NCBI GenBank assembly: GCA_965217895.1
Contig: CBDCJV010000002.1
Span: 2,752,001 to 2,816,000 of the forward strand
Length of the DNA: 64,000 bases
Direction of reading: 5' to 3'
DNA from: Waterburya sp.
Lineage (GTDB): Bacteria; Cyanobacteriota; Cyanobacteriia; Cyanobacteriales; Xenococcaceae
The translations under genes were made by a program, and so were the position numbers. The first letter of the stretch is position 1, and each line of letters opens with the position of its first letter. Shown here in pieces: positions 9,501 through 18,961 of this stretch. The notes beneath the pieces are model-generated. The model searched no databases. It saw nothing but the letters and a program-made list of their open reading frames with translations, and was not told the origin of the DNA.

Positions 9501-9545
9501 TGTACCGAACGTTCTGTTAAAATACTTTACCGATTGTTCGGTACA
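9501..9545. promoter_or_regulatory. Tandem palindromic operator, putative TetR-binding site
   Basis: TGTACCGAACGTTCTGTTAA and TTTACCGATTGTTCGGTACA between the divergent VOC-GST and tetR genes. Confidence 0.75.
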
Positions 9546-9573
9546 ATGTCAAGACAACGACTTAAAGTTTTTC

Positions 9574-10116
9574 ATGTCCAAAGAACAAGCGATCGCCAAA
9601 TTAGTTCCAGCTTTTAGACAATATGGCTATGAAGGTGCAACTCTATCATTGCTCTCAAAAGCCAGTGGTTTAGGTAAAGCCAGTCTATATCATCATTTTC
9701 CTGGTGGTAAATCAGAAATAGCTGCATCTGTACTCGAATACGTCAACAGTTGTTTTAAAGATCGGGTATTAAAGACTTTACAGGGAGAAGATGACCCAAA
9801 GTCGAAAATTCAAGCTATGTGCAGCAGTCTGCAAGAGTTTTACGATCGCGGTCAAAAACCTTGCTTTTTAGCCATTATGTCATTCGGTGAAGCCGACAAT
9901 CTGTTTCATGATCGAGTAAAAGCATCATTAAAACAGATAATTAAAGCCTTGGCTAAAGTTTTGATAGATGCAGGAATTGAACCAAAAATTGCGGAAGTGC
10001 GATCGCAAGATGCCATTGCTCAAATTCAAGGAGCATTAGTTTTAGTCAGAATTTTAGAGGATACCGAATCTTTTGAGAGGACGATCGAGAGTTTGCCAGA
10101 AAAGTTATTAAGTTAA
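9574..10116 (+). CDS. TetR/AcrR family transcriptional regulator
   Basis: FRQYGYEGATL..LGKASLYHHFPGGK HTH; likely start ATG 9574. Confidence 0.92.
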   Translation: MSKEQAIAKLVPAFRQYGYEGATLSLLSKASGLGKASLYHHFPGGKSEIAASVLEYVNSCFKDRVLKTLQGEDDPKSKIQAMCSSLQEFYDRGQKPCFLAIMSFGEADNLFHDRVKASLKQIIKALAKVLIDAGIEPKIAEVRSQDAIAQIQGALVLVRILEDTESFERTIESLPEKLLS

Positions 10117-10119
10117 CTT

Positions 10120-11148
10120 CTATATAATCGCATCTTTTATATCGCCGACTAATTCATCAATTCGAGATTTAGTAGTATCCCAAGCACAGACAAAACGAAC
10201 CCCTTCAACACCAATAAAGGTGTAAAAATTCCAGCCTTTAGCTCTTAAGGCTTTAATCACTGTTTCGGGCATTTTAAGAAAAACACTATTTACCTGCCTA
10301 GGGAACATCAGCTCAAGCTGCGGAATTACGGATAATCTTTGTTCAAGATACTCCGCGCATTCATTGGCATGACGAGCATTCCTCAGCCAAGCACCAGTCT
10401 CTAATAAACCTAAAAAAGGTGCAGCAATAAAGCGCATCTTAGAAGCTAGTTGTCCCGCTTGCTTGCAACGATAGGCAAAATCTTCGGCTAATTCTTTATT
10501 AAAGAAAATAATCGCTTCACCTAATGCCATGCCGTTTTTAGTCCCGCAAAAACACAATACATCTACGCCACATTTCCAGGTTATTTCTGCTGGAGTTTTG
10601 TTCATTGCTACTACCGCATTAGCAAACCTTGCACCATCCAAATGAATTTTCAATTGATATTTTTGGGCAATTTCCTTAATTGCCATTAATTCTTCAACTG
10701 TGTATAAAGTCCCTAATTCTGTTGCCTGAGTTAGGCTGATAACTTTAGGTTTGGGATAGTGAATATCCGTTCTTTTATTAATAATTGAAACAATAGCTTC
10801 GGTGGTTAATTTGCCATTGATTCCTTGACCTAACAGCAATTTAGAACCATTAGAAGCAAATTCTGGCGCACCACATTCATCAGTCTCAATATGAGCTAGT
10901 TCGTGACATATCACACTATGATAGGATTGACAAAGAGCAGCCAAGGATAAAGAATTGGCTGCTGTACCGTTAAAGACAAAAAAGACTTCACAATCAGCTT
11001 CAAAAACATTACGGAAATAGTCTGTTGCCTTTTGAGTCCATTCGTCATTACCATAGGCCAAGGCACTTCCTTGATTTGCCCTAATCATATACTCCATTGC
11101 TTCTGGGCAGATGCCAGAATAATTATCACTGGTAAATTGTTCTGACAT
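10120..11148 (-). CDS. ltaE: Low-specificity L-threonine aldolase
   Basis: FTSDNYSG, FNGTAAN, HIETDECGAPEF, DGARFANA, GTKNG, KQAGQLASK. Confidence 0.92.
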   Translation of the reverse strand: MSEQFTSDNYSGICPEAMEYMIRANQGSALAYGNDEWTQKATDYFRNVFEADCEVFFVFNGTAANSLSLAALCQSYHSVICHELAHIETDECGAPEFASNGSKLLLGQGINGKLTTEAIVSIINKRTDIHYPKPKVISLTQATELGTLYTVEELMAIKEIAQKYQLKIHLDGARFANAVVAMNKTPAEITWKCGVDVLCFCGTKNGMALGEAIIFFNKELAEDFAYRCKQAGQLASKMRFIAAPFLGLLETGAWLRNARHANECAEYLEQRLSVIPQLELMFPRQVNSVFLKMPETVIKALRAKGWNFYTFIGVEGVRFVCAWDTTKSRIDELVGDIKDAII

Positions 11149-11185
11149 TAGCTTAAAGTCTCGGTAGTTGATTAAAGACACTGAT

Positions 11186-11626
11186 TCAAGGCGATAATGG
11201 CGATCGCCAAACATAAACTGGACAATGAGCTAGGCGGACTACCCTTTCTGTAACCGAACCGACAATAAAATGCTCTAAATTGTCTTGCCCGTGAGCAGGA
11301 ATCACGATTAAATCGATGTTTTTTTCTTGAGCATAGTCAACTATTTTCTTACTGGTTTTGCCAAACAAAACATCAAAGTGAACCTTTTGGTATTTTGGAC
11401 TGTCAAATTTGGTGCGAAAAGTTTTTTCTACGTTCTGCTTACGGGTTTCATCGTTAAGTTTATCCCAGACTATTCCTGGTTCAAAGGGAGATAAAGGAGA
11501 AAGTACATGGACTATATAAAGATGAGCAGGATCTTCGACAAATTCTAGAGTTTGCTCCTGTGCTATCGAAGCGAGTTCGGAAAAATCAGTCGGAAAAAGA
11601 ACGCGATTCTTGTCAAATAGGCTCAT
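11186..11626 (-). CDS. Universal stress protein
   Basis: VLFPTDFS, DLIVI, GSVTERVVRLAHCPV. Confidence 0.92.
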   Translation of the reverse strand: MSLFDKNRVLFPTDFSELASIAQEQTLEFVEDPAHLYIVHVLSPLSPFEPGIVWDKLNDETRKQNVEKTFRTKFDSPKYQKVHFDVLFGKTSKKIVDYAQEKNIDLIVIPAHGQDNLEHFIVGSVTERVVRLAHCPVYVWRSPLSP

Positions 11627-11677
11627 GATCTAAACCAAAATGGTGAGTTTTATTACTTAAGGATCGTCAAGATCGCT

Positions 11678-13294
11678 CTAATGTTTGGGGGTTATTTCTG
11701 GGCTTGAATTGCGCCTGGCAACTTCAGCATCATAAGTAAGCATTTGACCCGAATTCAGACGTTTCATATAGTCTTTGAGTTCTGAAGCTATCATTCCTGA
11801 GAGCAGATAGCAGCCGATTAAGTTAGGAATTGACATTGCCAAAATCATCATGTCACTAAAATCAAGTACCGCGCCCAGGTTAACTACCGAGCCAACAAAT
11901 ACGAAAAAGACAAACAAACCCTTGTAAATTAGAATGCTGCCGCCACCAAATAAATATTCCCAAGCTCTTTCGCCATAATAACTCCAGGAAATCATGGTAG
12001 AAAAAGCAAACAAGGCTACGGCGATCGCCAAAATTACAGGAAACCAGTTAGCTACCGTAGCGAAAGATTCAGTGGTCAATAACACCCCATCATCTATAGA
12101 AGCATCCTTATAAGTTCCAGTAATGACAATTACTAAAGCGGTCATATTACAAATTATAATTGTATCGATTAGAGGCTCTAGCAAAGCTACTAAGCCTTCT
12201 CTAAGGGGTTCGTCGGTGCGGGCAGCAGAATGAGCGATCGCTGCCGACCCAACTCCAGCTTCATTAGAAAAAGCACTGCGTCTGATTCCCTGCACCATTA
12301 CCCCAATAATGCCACCGCCGACTGCTTTGGGAGAAAACGCTTCTGTGAAAATAGTGGCGATCGCGTTGGGAATTTCCGTAAAGTTGCTCAAAATAATCCA
12401 TAAACAAGAACCAATATAAATTATTGCCATCAAAGGAACTAAACTGCCTGTAATCGAGGCAATACGAGTAAGACCGCCAATAATCACCACTCCTACCAAC
12501 GCAGCGACGATTATACCAAAGAGCCAGCTAGGTAGATTAGGAATAACATTGGCTACAGCGACATAAGACTGGTTTGCCTGGAACATATTGCCTCCCCCAA
12601 AAGAGCCACAGATACAGAGGATGGCAAACAAAGCTGCCAAACCTTTGCCTACAGGACGTAAACCCATATCTGATAGGGGACGAGAAATGTAATACATTGG
12701 TCCGCCAGCTATCGAGCCATCTGCTTTAACCCGTCGATATTTCTGAGCTAGGGTACATTCAGTGAACTTACTGGACATCCCAAAAAAGCCCCCCAGGGTC
12801 ATCCACAGTACTGCTCCTGGTCCTCCAGTCTGTACGGCGATCGCAACTCCAGCAATGTTACCTAATCCGACTGTCCCTGATAGTGCCGTTGCCAATGCCT
12901 GAAAGTGAGATACCTCACCATCATCGTTAGGATCGTCATATTTACCCTGCACAATATCGATAGCGTGTTTTAAACCGCGAATATTAACAAATCCCATTCG
13001 CAGCGTAAAGAAAATTGAGCCACAGATCAACCACAGCACAATTAGGGGAAAACCAGCAATTTCAAAAAAGAGTACTTTATCTAAAATATCAACAAGTTTA
13101 GAAAAAACGCTATCAAGCGCACCAATGAAACCCCCTGGTGCTTTTTCCTCCGCAGCTAGAGCTACGTTCGGTAAAGCAAAGCTGAGTACTATGACCAAAG
13201 CCAAACATGATTTCCATTTATGTTTAAATTCATATGATTGTTTTACAAGCTGCATCTGTTTCAGCTTTCCGATCAAGCATTGAATATTTCTCAT
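11678..13294 (-). CDS. agcS: Alanine/glycine:cation symporter (AGCS family)
   Basis: SGTVGLGNIAGVA, GGPGAVLWM, GGPMYYI, FSNEAGVGS, SWSYYG; start uncertain. Confidence 0.92.
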   Translation of the reverse strand: MRNIQCLIGKLKQMQLVKQSYEFKHKWKSCLALVIVLSFALPNVALAAEEKAPGGFIGALDSVFSKLVDILDKVLFFEIAGFPLIVLWLICGSIFFTLRMGFVNIRGLKHAIDIVQGKYDDPNDDGEVSHFQALATALSGTVGLGNIAGVAIAVQTGGPGAVLWMTLGGFFGMSSKFTECTLAQKYRRVKADGSIAGGPMYYISRPLSDMGLRPVGKGLAALFAILCICGSFGGGNMFQANQSYVAVANVIPNLPSWLFGIIVAALVGVVIIGGLTRIASITGSLVPLMAIIYIGSCLWIILSNFTEIPNAIATIFTEAFSPKAVGGGIIGVMVQGIRRSAFSNEAGVGSAAIAHSAARTDEPLREGLVALLEPLIDTIIICNMTALVIVITGTYKDASIDDGVLLTTESFATVANWFPVILAIAVALFAFSTMISWSYYGERAWEYLFGGGSILIYKGLFVFFVFVGSVVNLGAVLDFSDMMILAMSIPNLIGCYLLSGMIASELKDYMKRLNSGQMLTYDAEVARRNSSPEITPKH

Positions 13295-13428
13295 AGTATT
13301 TATAGTCTTTTGACAATGAAAATTTAATTGTAGTGTTTTGGTAACTTGTATATTTTTAAAATAAAATGCACATTTTATTTTAATTGGCAAAGCTGGCTCA
13401 ATTATTATGCTTTATGAAAAGATAGGCG

Positions 13429-13442
13429 GTAACATTTTCTAC
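13429..13442. promoter_or_regulatory. Putative NtcA box upstream of agcS
   Basis: GTA-ACATTTTC-TAC(A) matches GTA-N8-TAC; the -10 element at canonical spacing is imperfect. Confidence 0.45.
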
Positions 13443-13635
13443 AAAAAATGTCATAATTACTTTATTCTTTGTCAAAGCTATAGTTGATAATTCCTAAGTC
13501 TTGAATTTTGACTTGAGTTTTAAATAGTTTATTTAAGGGTAAATAATAGTTAATTGATAGCAGCTTATATAAAAAAGTAAAATTTAAATCTACCAAAATA
13601 ATGTCCTAACATTACTAATTAATACAGATAATTTT

Positions 13636-13767
13636 TAAGCTGGCATTAGTACATCAACTACTGTTGCTAAATGGCAATGCCTACAGGGCGCGCTTCGCGA
13701 TCGCCAGAATATTCTACTTCAACATTATTACCTGGTGTAGAGTACAAAGAAGAGGCAAATAACTATA
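13636..13767 (-). pseudogene. Relic 3' end of a dimethylglycine oxidase homolog
   Basis: Aligns with 14428-14509; reads YSYLPL..YSTPGNNVEVEYSGDR[insertion]HLATVVDVLMPA* across frameshifts. Confidence 0.8.
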
Positions 13768-13783
13768 GAAAACATAATATGTC

Positions 13784-14348
13784 ATGCAAACCTTTGCAGA
13801 TCCAAAACTTGCCAAAATTGTTGCTCAAGTTAATGTCAGTTCCTGTGAGGAAATTATTGAGCTTGATGCGTGTCGGCAGGGAATAAGCGATCTTTCAGGG
13901 ATCGAAAACCTCAAAAATCTCCGCAAACTGCACCTCGAACACAATCAGATCCACGATCTTACACCGTTGGCATTTTTGACGAGACTTACAGGTTTGTTCT
14001 TAAGTCACAATCAGATTGAGTTAATCGAACCACTTAATAGACTTACAGCTTTGCCTGCGTTAGATCTCAGTCATAATCGTATCAACGATCTTTCTTTCAT
14101 CGTTTATCAATAAGTCTAAGTTAACGTGGTTAAATCTCTCGCACAATAATATTAGCGATATCTCTGCACTAAAATCATGTCTCTATCTGACATAACTTAA
14201 CATCAGCAGTAATTATCTTGAAAATGTATCCATTTTTATAGAACTCACACAATTACGTTCGCTTAACTTAAGTGACAATTTGATAGTAGAGCTTCCTTGT
14301 CTTACACTATCGAGGACGATATTCCTGAAAACCAGATTCAGGAGCTAG
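13784..14348 (+). pseudogene. Leucine-rich repeat (internalin-like) pseudogene
   Basis: LxxLxLxxNxI repeats; frameshift at GATCTTTCTTTCATC (~14090); downstream frame SSFINKSKLTWLNLSHNNISDISAL..LT*LNISSNYL..LRSLNLSDNLI has an internal stop. Confidence 0.85.
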
Positions 14349-14410
14349 ATGTGAAAAACATGAGTAATTTTCGCCGTCCTGATTGGAAAAAGCAGACAGT
14401 AAATTGACCG

Positions 14411-16828
14411 TTAACCTAGATCCTTGACCGTTGCTAAATAGCGATCGCCAAAATATTCTATTTCGACATTAGTTCCAGGTGTAGAGTAAGCAAGAGGCAA
14501 ATAGGCATAAACAACGCATCTGCCCAGACTATAACCATAACCCGCACTAGTGGCATAACCTAATATTTTTCCTCCTGCTAAGATTGGCTCTTTACCCATA
14601 ATCACTACACTAGGGTCATCTAAGGTTAAATAGCAGAGTTTACGGCTTTGATATTGTTGGCGTTGAAGTAGAGCATCTCGACCGATAAATTCATCTTTAT
14701 TGGGCTTAACTGCAAAACCTAAACCAGCCTCATAAGGGTCGTATTCGGTATGAATATCTGTACCCCAGGCTAGATAGCCTTTTTCTAAACGTAGGGACTC
14801 AAACGCACCAACCCCAGCAGCAATGATGCCATAGGGTTGACCTGCTTGCCAAAGTAAATCCCATAGCTTTAGTCCTGATTCAGTAGGAACATAGATTTCC
14901 CAGCCTAGTTCTCCGACATAGGATACCCTCACGGCTAAAGCGGGAATTGCGCTAAGATAAATTTGGCGTGCGGTAAAGAAACCAAAGCCTTTATTTGAGA
15001 CATCGGTATCAGTGACTTCTGATAATACCTTGGGTGCTGAAGGTCCCCACAACCCCAGACAACAATAGCTAGAAGAGACATCGGCAATGTTTACTGAATT
15101 ATCTTTTGGTAAATGCGATCGCATCCAGGCTAAATCGTGACCGCCCACTGCACCTCCAGTTACTACCCAAAACCGATCTTTGTTTAGACAAGTTATGGTT
15201 AGGTCGCACATGATGCCAGCGTTAGCATCCAGCATTGAGGTGTAAGTTACTTTGCCGACAGTAGAATTAATCTGATTGGCACAAAGATATTGCAGATATG
15301 CTAAAGCTTTTTCTCCCGCGATCTCAAGCTTAGTAAATGATGTCAGGTCATACATTGCCACCCCTTCACGAGTTGCTAAATGTTCTGCCCCCTGGATGCT
15401 TGACCAGTTTTGTGCCGACCAGCCCTGACGTTTGGGAATAGTATATTTCTCTAGCAGCTTGGCATTGGATTCAAACCACTGAGGACGTTCCCAGCCAGCA
15501 CTAGTAAAGAACACTGCCCCCAACTCCTGCAAACGGGGATAAAAAGGACTCACCCGCAGTTGACGAGAATGAGTCGGCTGTGCCAGAGGATGAACAATAT
15601 CGTAAACTTGCCGATACTGTTGGGCTGCCCTTGCCCAAATATATTCACGGCTTTGAGCTACTTTCGGAAAACGGTTGATATCGCACTCATGCAAATCGAG
15701 GCTAGGGATTCCTGTAGTCAATAATTCCGCTACCATTTTACCCACGCCACCACCATGAGTTACCCAAACTGCTTCGGCGACCCAAAAGCCTTTAACTTGC
15801 TTAGATTCGCCGATGATCGGGAAGCTATCGGGGGTAAAAGACATCATGCCGTTTATTTTATAAGGCAATTCCTTCTGTGCCAAACTTGGCAGCAGTTCTA
15901 CTGTAGATTGCCATGCTGCTTGAAAATGTGATTCAGTAAATTGCTTTACCGACGGCATCATTGGCGAATCTTTGTCAGCCAGGATATCCTTGGGGTCTAC
16001 TAATAAAGGTTCGTGTTGATAAGAACCAATGCCGTAACAGTCGGAATGCTGGCGAAAATACATCGACCGATCTTGATGGCGCAAGATCGGCTGCACCACT
16101 TCACGAGTTTCCCCTGCTAATTCTGCTAAGGGAGAGGTTTTAACATATTGATGCTGTACGGGAACTAGAGGAATGATCTCTCCGACCATCTCGCCAATGA
16201 GAGATCCCCAAATGCCAGCACAGACTACAACTTTATCGGTAGTAATCTTACCTTTGTCGGTAACAACTGATTTGACTTGTCCCTGTTCTACTTCAATATC
16301 TAATACCTGAGTATCGCCATAAAACTTAGCTGCATCGGAGTCCATGGCAAAGTTGGCTAGTGCCTCTGCTGCCCTTACTGCTTTAGCAATACCGTCCGTA
16401 GGAACATAATAAGCACCGAGTATTTTAGTTTCATCCAGGAGAGGTATTTTTTCTTTTGCCTGTTCGGGAGTAAGCATTGCACCTTCAATACCCCAGGATT
16501 TTGCCCATCCTAGCTTGCGCTTTAGTTCTTGCCAACGGGCTTCGGTATAAGCCACTTCTACGCTACCCACCCCATAGAAAGCCAAACCTTCACTACTTTC
16601 AAGCTGACTGTAAAGTTCTACGGTGTATTTTGCCAGTTGAGTCATGGTCTTAGAAGAGTTGGTCTGAAAAACCAAACCAGGGGCATGGGAAGTAGAACCA
16701 CCAGTAGCAAATAGCGGACCGCGATCTATAACTATAATATCGCGCCAGCCAAGTTTTGCCAGATGGTAAGCGGTACTACAGCCAACTATTCCCGCACCGA
16801 TAATTACCAGTTTTGCCTTATTTTCCAT
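14411..16828 (-). CDS. Dimethylglycine oxidase/dehydrogenase (FAD domain plus GcvT-like THF-binding domain)
   Basis: GAGIVG; GGSTSHAPGLVFQTN (covalent-FAD His as in Arthrobacter DMGO); HQYVKT and GIGSY catalytic motifs; RVSYVGELGWE; SLRLEKGY. Confidence 0.9.
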   Translation of the reverse strand: MENKAKLVIIGAGIVGCSTAYHLAKLGWRDIIVIDRGPLFATGGSTSHAPGLVFQTNSSKTMTQLAKYTVELYSQLESSEGLAFYGVGSVEVAYTEARWQELKRKLGWAKSWGIEGAMLTPEQAKEKIPLLDETKILGAYYVPTDGIAKAVRAAEALANFAMDSDAAKFYGDTQVLDIEVEQGQVKSVVTDKGKITTDKVVVCAGIWGSLIGEMVGEIIPLVPVQHQYVKTSPLAELAGETREVVQPILRHQDRSMYFRQHSDCYGIGSYQHEPLLVDPKDILADKDSPMMPSVKQFTESHFQAAWQSTVELLPSLAQKELPYKINGMMSFTPDSFPIIGESKQVKGFWVAEAVWVTHGGGVGKMVAELLTTGIPSLDLHECDINRFPKVAQSREYIWARAAQQYRQVYDIVHPLAQPTHSRQLRVSPFYPRLQELGAVFFTSAGWERPQWFESNAKLLEKYTIPKRQGWSAQNWSSIQGAEHLATREGVAMYDLTSFTKLEIAGEKALAYLQYLCANQINSTVGKVTYTSMLDANAGIMCDLTITCLNKDRFWVVTGGAVGGHDLAWMRSHLPKDNSVNIADVSSSYCCLGLWGPSAPKVLSEVTDTDVSNKGFGFFTARQIYLSAIPALAVRVSYVGELGWEIYVPTESGLKLWDLLWQAGQPYGIIAAGVGAFESLRLEKGYLAWGTDIHTEYDPYEAGLGFAVKPNKDEFIGRDALLQRQQYQSRKLCYLTLDDPSVVIMGKEPILAGGKILGYATSAGYGYSLGRCVVYAYLPLAYSTPGTNVEIEYFGDRYLATVKDLG

Positions 16829-16985
16829 TGGTATAAAGTCAGAGGTCATCGAGTTGGATAAAAATCGCGCAAAGACGCAAAAGCGCAAAGAACAGTACAG
16901 AGACTTTTTGATTACAAGTTGTGCGGACTAAATATCAGAAGTCACCGAGTCAGGAGTTTTGAGGTCAAGATAGTATACTTACTTA

Positions 16986-18206
16986 TTACTTACATAGGAT
17001 CGCCTTCGCGACTAAACGTTGAAATTGATGAACCGTTGTTTCTAAAGCAGGAGAGAAGCAACCACCTTTAAATGCAGGTGAGTTTCTGCCTTTTTGCATC
17101 CGTTCGATGGTTTCTAAGTCTTCTTCGTTCGTAATTTTCCACAGGTCGATGGGAATCTGGCGTAAAGCTTCATATTCAATATCTGTTGCCCCATCGCCGA
17201 TGAAATAAAATGACATTCTTTCTACCGAACGACTGGGACTCAGGGGATTGACGGTCAAAGCTAAAAAGTAGTCGGGGTGAATGCCCAGCATTAAATTGGG
17301 AAAGACAGAAATATACTCGGCTACGGTTTCTCGCCCTGTTTTTGATAGATTGGGAAATACAGGTAGAGTTAGCTCGCCGATCGCCCCAATGCGATAAAGT
17401 TTACTACCTTGACCGACATGATTCTCTCCCACCTCAAAACCAAAATGGTCTTCCATGCGAGAACAGTTATTTAACTGTGGATGAACCCAGGGTAGGTGGT
17501 AACTTTCAGAAAAGTTTTCTACTGCCAGTTTCCAGTTGGCATCAAACTCAAAACTCAGATCCCGTCCGTGAGAGAGCAAGCTCAGATCGTAATCCGACCA
17601 TCTATCTATAACTGGCTGTAGATAATCTTTTAATGGCGGCGCATTGCCAGCCAAATTAATAAAAATTAGGTCAAGCCACTGTTCGCACCTAATTGACTGT
17701 AAATTTTTGCTAGTGCGATCGAATCCTTCATAGGTATCCTGCCAATAGCCGCCAAAGTGAGGCGTAGATTTTAGTTCACCGTCGAGATCGTATGCCCAGG
17801 AATGATAGGGACAGCGTATGCGCTTTTGCTGCTGACAGGGTTGAGTAACTAGCTGTAAGCCTCGGTGGGAACAAATATTGTGAAAAGCACGGATTTCCCC
17901 AGAGCGATCGCGCACCAGCATAATCGGCATCCCCGCCACCTCTACAGGAACTAAATCCCCAGAATTGGGCAAATCTGAACCTATTCCGACACAAATCCAA
18001 TGATTAGTAAATATAGTCCGTTGTTCACGGTTTAAAAAATCCTCACTGGTATATGCCTCAGCAGGTAAGCCAACAGCATTAGCCGTAGAATTATCTAAAG
18101 ATGCGATCTGCGAGTCAAAGGCAATCGCCTGTTCAATTTTGTTGCTCTGGAAATTCTTATTTGAATTTTGGTCATCGCTTAGACGCGCTAACACTTTCTC
18201 GGTCAT
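16986..18206 (-). CDS. Rieske non-heme iron oxygenase alpha subunit (quaternary-amine oxygenase group)
   Basis: CSHRG..CPYHSW Rieske motif; ENFSESYHLPWVH iron motif; C-terminal EED. Confidence 0.9.
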   Translation of the reverse strand: MTEKVLARLSDDQNSNKNFQSNKIEQAIAFDSQIASLDNSTANAVGLPAEAYTSEDFLNREQRTIFTNHWICVGIGSDLPNSGDLVPVEVAGMPIMLVRDRSGEIRAFHNICSHRGLQLVTQPCQQQKRIRCPYHSWAYDLDGELKSTPHFGGYWQDTYEGFDRTSKNLQSIRCEQWLDLIFINLAGNAPPLKDYLQPVIDRWSDYDLSLLSHGRDLSFEFDANWKLAVENFSESYHLPWVHPQLNNCSRMEDHFGFEVGENHVGQGSKLYRIGAIGELTLPVFPNLSKTGRETVAEYISVFPNLMLGIHPDYFLALTVNPLSPSRSVERMSFYFIGDGATDIEYEALRQIPIDLWKITNEEDLETIERMQKGRNSPAFKGGCFSPALETTVHQFQRLVAKAILCK

Positions 18207-18756
18207 AATTTACCTCGTCACGGGCAAAAATTATAAATATGCTTAAACAGTGATGATCTCACCAATAAAAATCCGCACGTAAGCCGTCTTTATATAACTA
18301 AAGAACAGATTAATAGTTGTCGTCGGCTATAAAATTATAAACCCAAGACTTCAGCAAGCATAACGTAAAATTAGCTTAACTAATTTAACTTGTAATTACA
18401 AGTGTAAAAGCCAAAATTTTGCTTTTATTTTTTATTGTAAAAATGTGTGCTTTTTTACAGTTTTAAAATTGCATTGGGCGTACAAAGAGTAGATAATCTA
18501 AAACCATGATTCTGAAAGACTAATCCTTTGATTCGAGTTCAAGCATTTAGACTTATAAAGAACTATGTTGATGATATTTGTCAGGATATCTTGAGTTTTT
18601 ATCTAAGGGCATTGCTCTTAATTCAATCAGCCATAGGGATTTATCGGCTTAATTTTGGCATATCAAGCTCGACGTAATATCTAATTAAATATTTAAACCG
18701 CTAAGTTATGAAAATTGAGTAGCTAACAATTTATTATTGGCAAAATAACTAAGAAC

Positions 18757-18868
18757 TAAGTAGGTAGGTGTAATTAAATATAAAATGGATTTGATAAAGG
18801 CCAGAGGTCAAAGGTCAGGGCAAAAAGTTAATGTTGGTATCTTATAAATGATTTCGCCCACCTACTTA
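18757..18868. mobile_element. MITE family B copy 1 (TA-flanked)
   Basis: TAAGTAGGTAGGTG / CGCCCACCTACTTA ends; near-identical copy at 26716-26819. Confidence 0.85.
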
Positions 18869-18961
18869 CCTGATGTTATGAAAAAACACTTTAAAAATAT
18901 TTCTTAACTTATAGCTATTCAGATTTTGTGCTTATAATACCCTATTCAATGAGGAAAAATT

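Noticed and set aside
13300..13620. Glycine riboswitch upstream of agcS, or TPP riboswitch upstream of thiOG
   Set aside because: No conserved aptamer motifs visible.
13671..13886. 71-aa plus-strand ORF
   Set aside because: Antisense reading of the DMG-oxidase relic plus an off-frame overlap with the LRR pseudogene.
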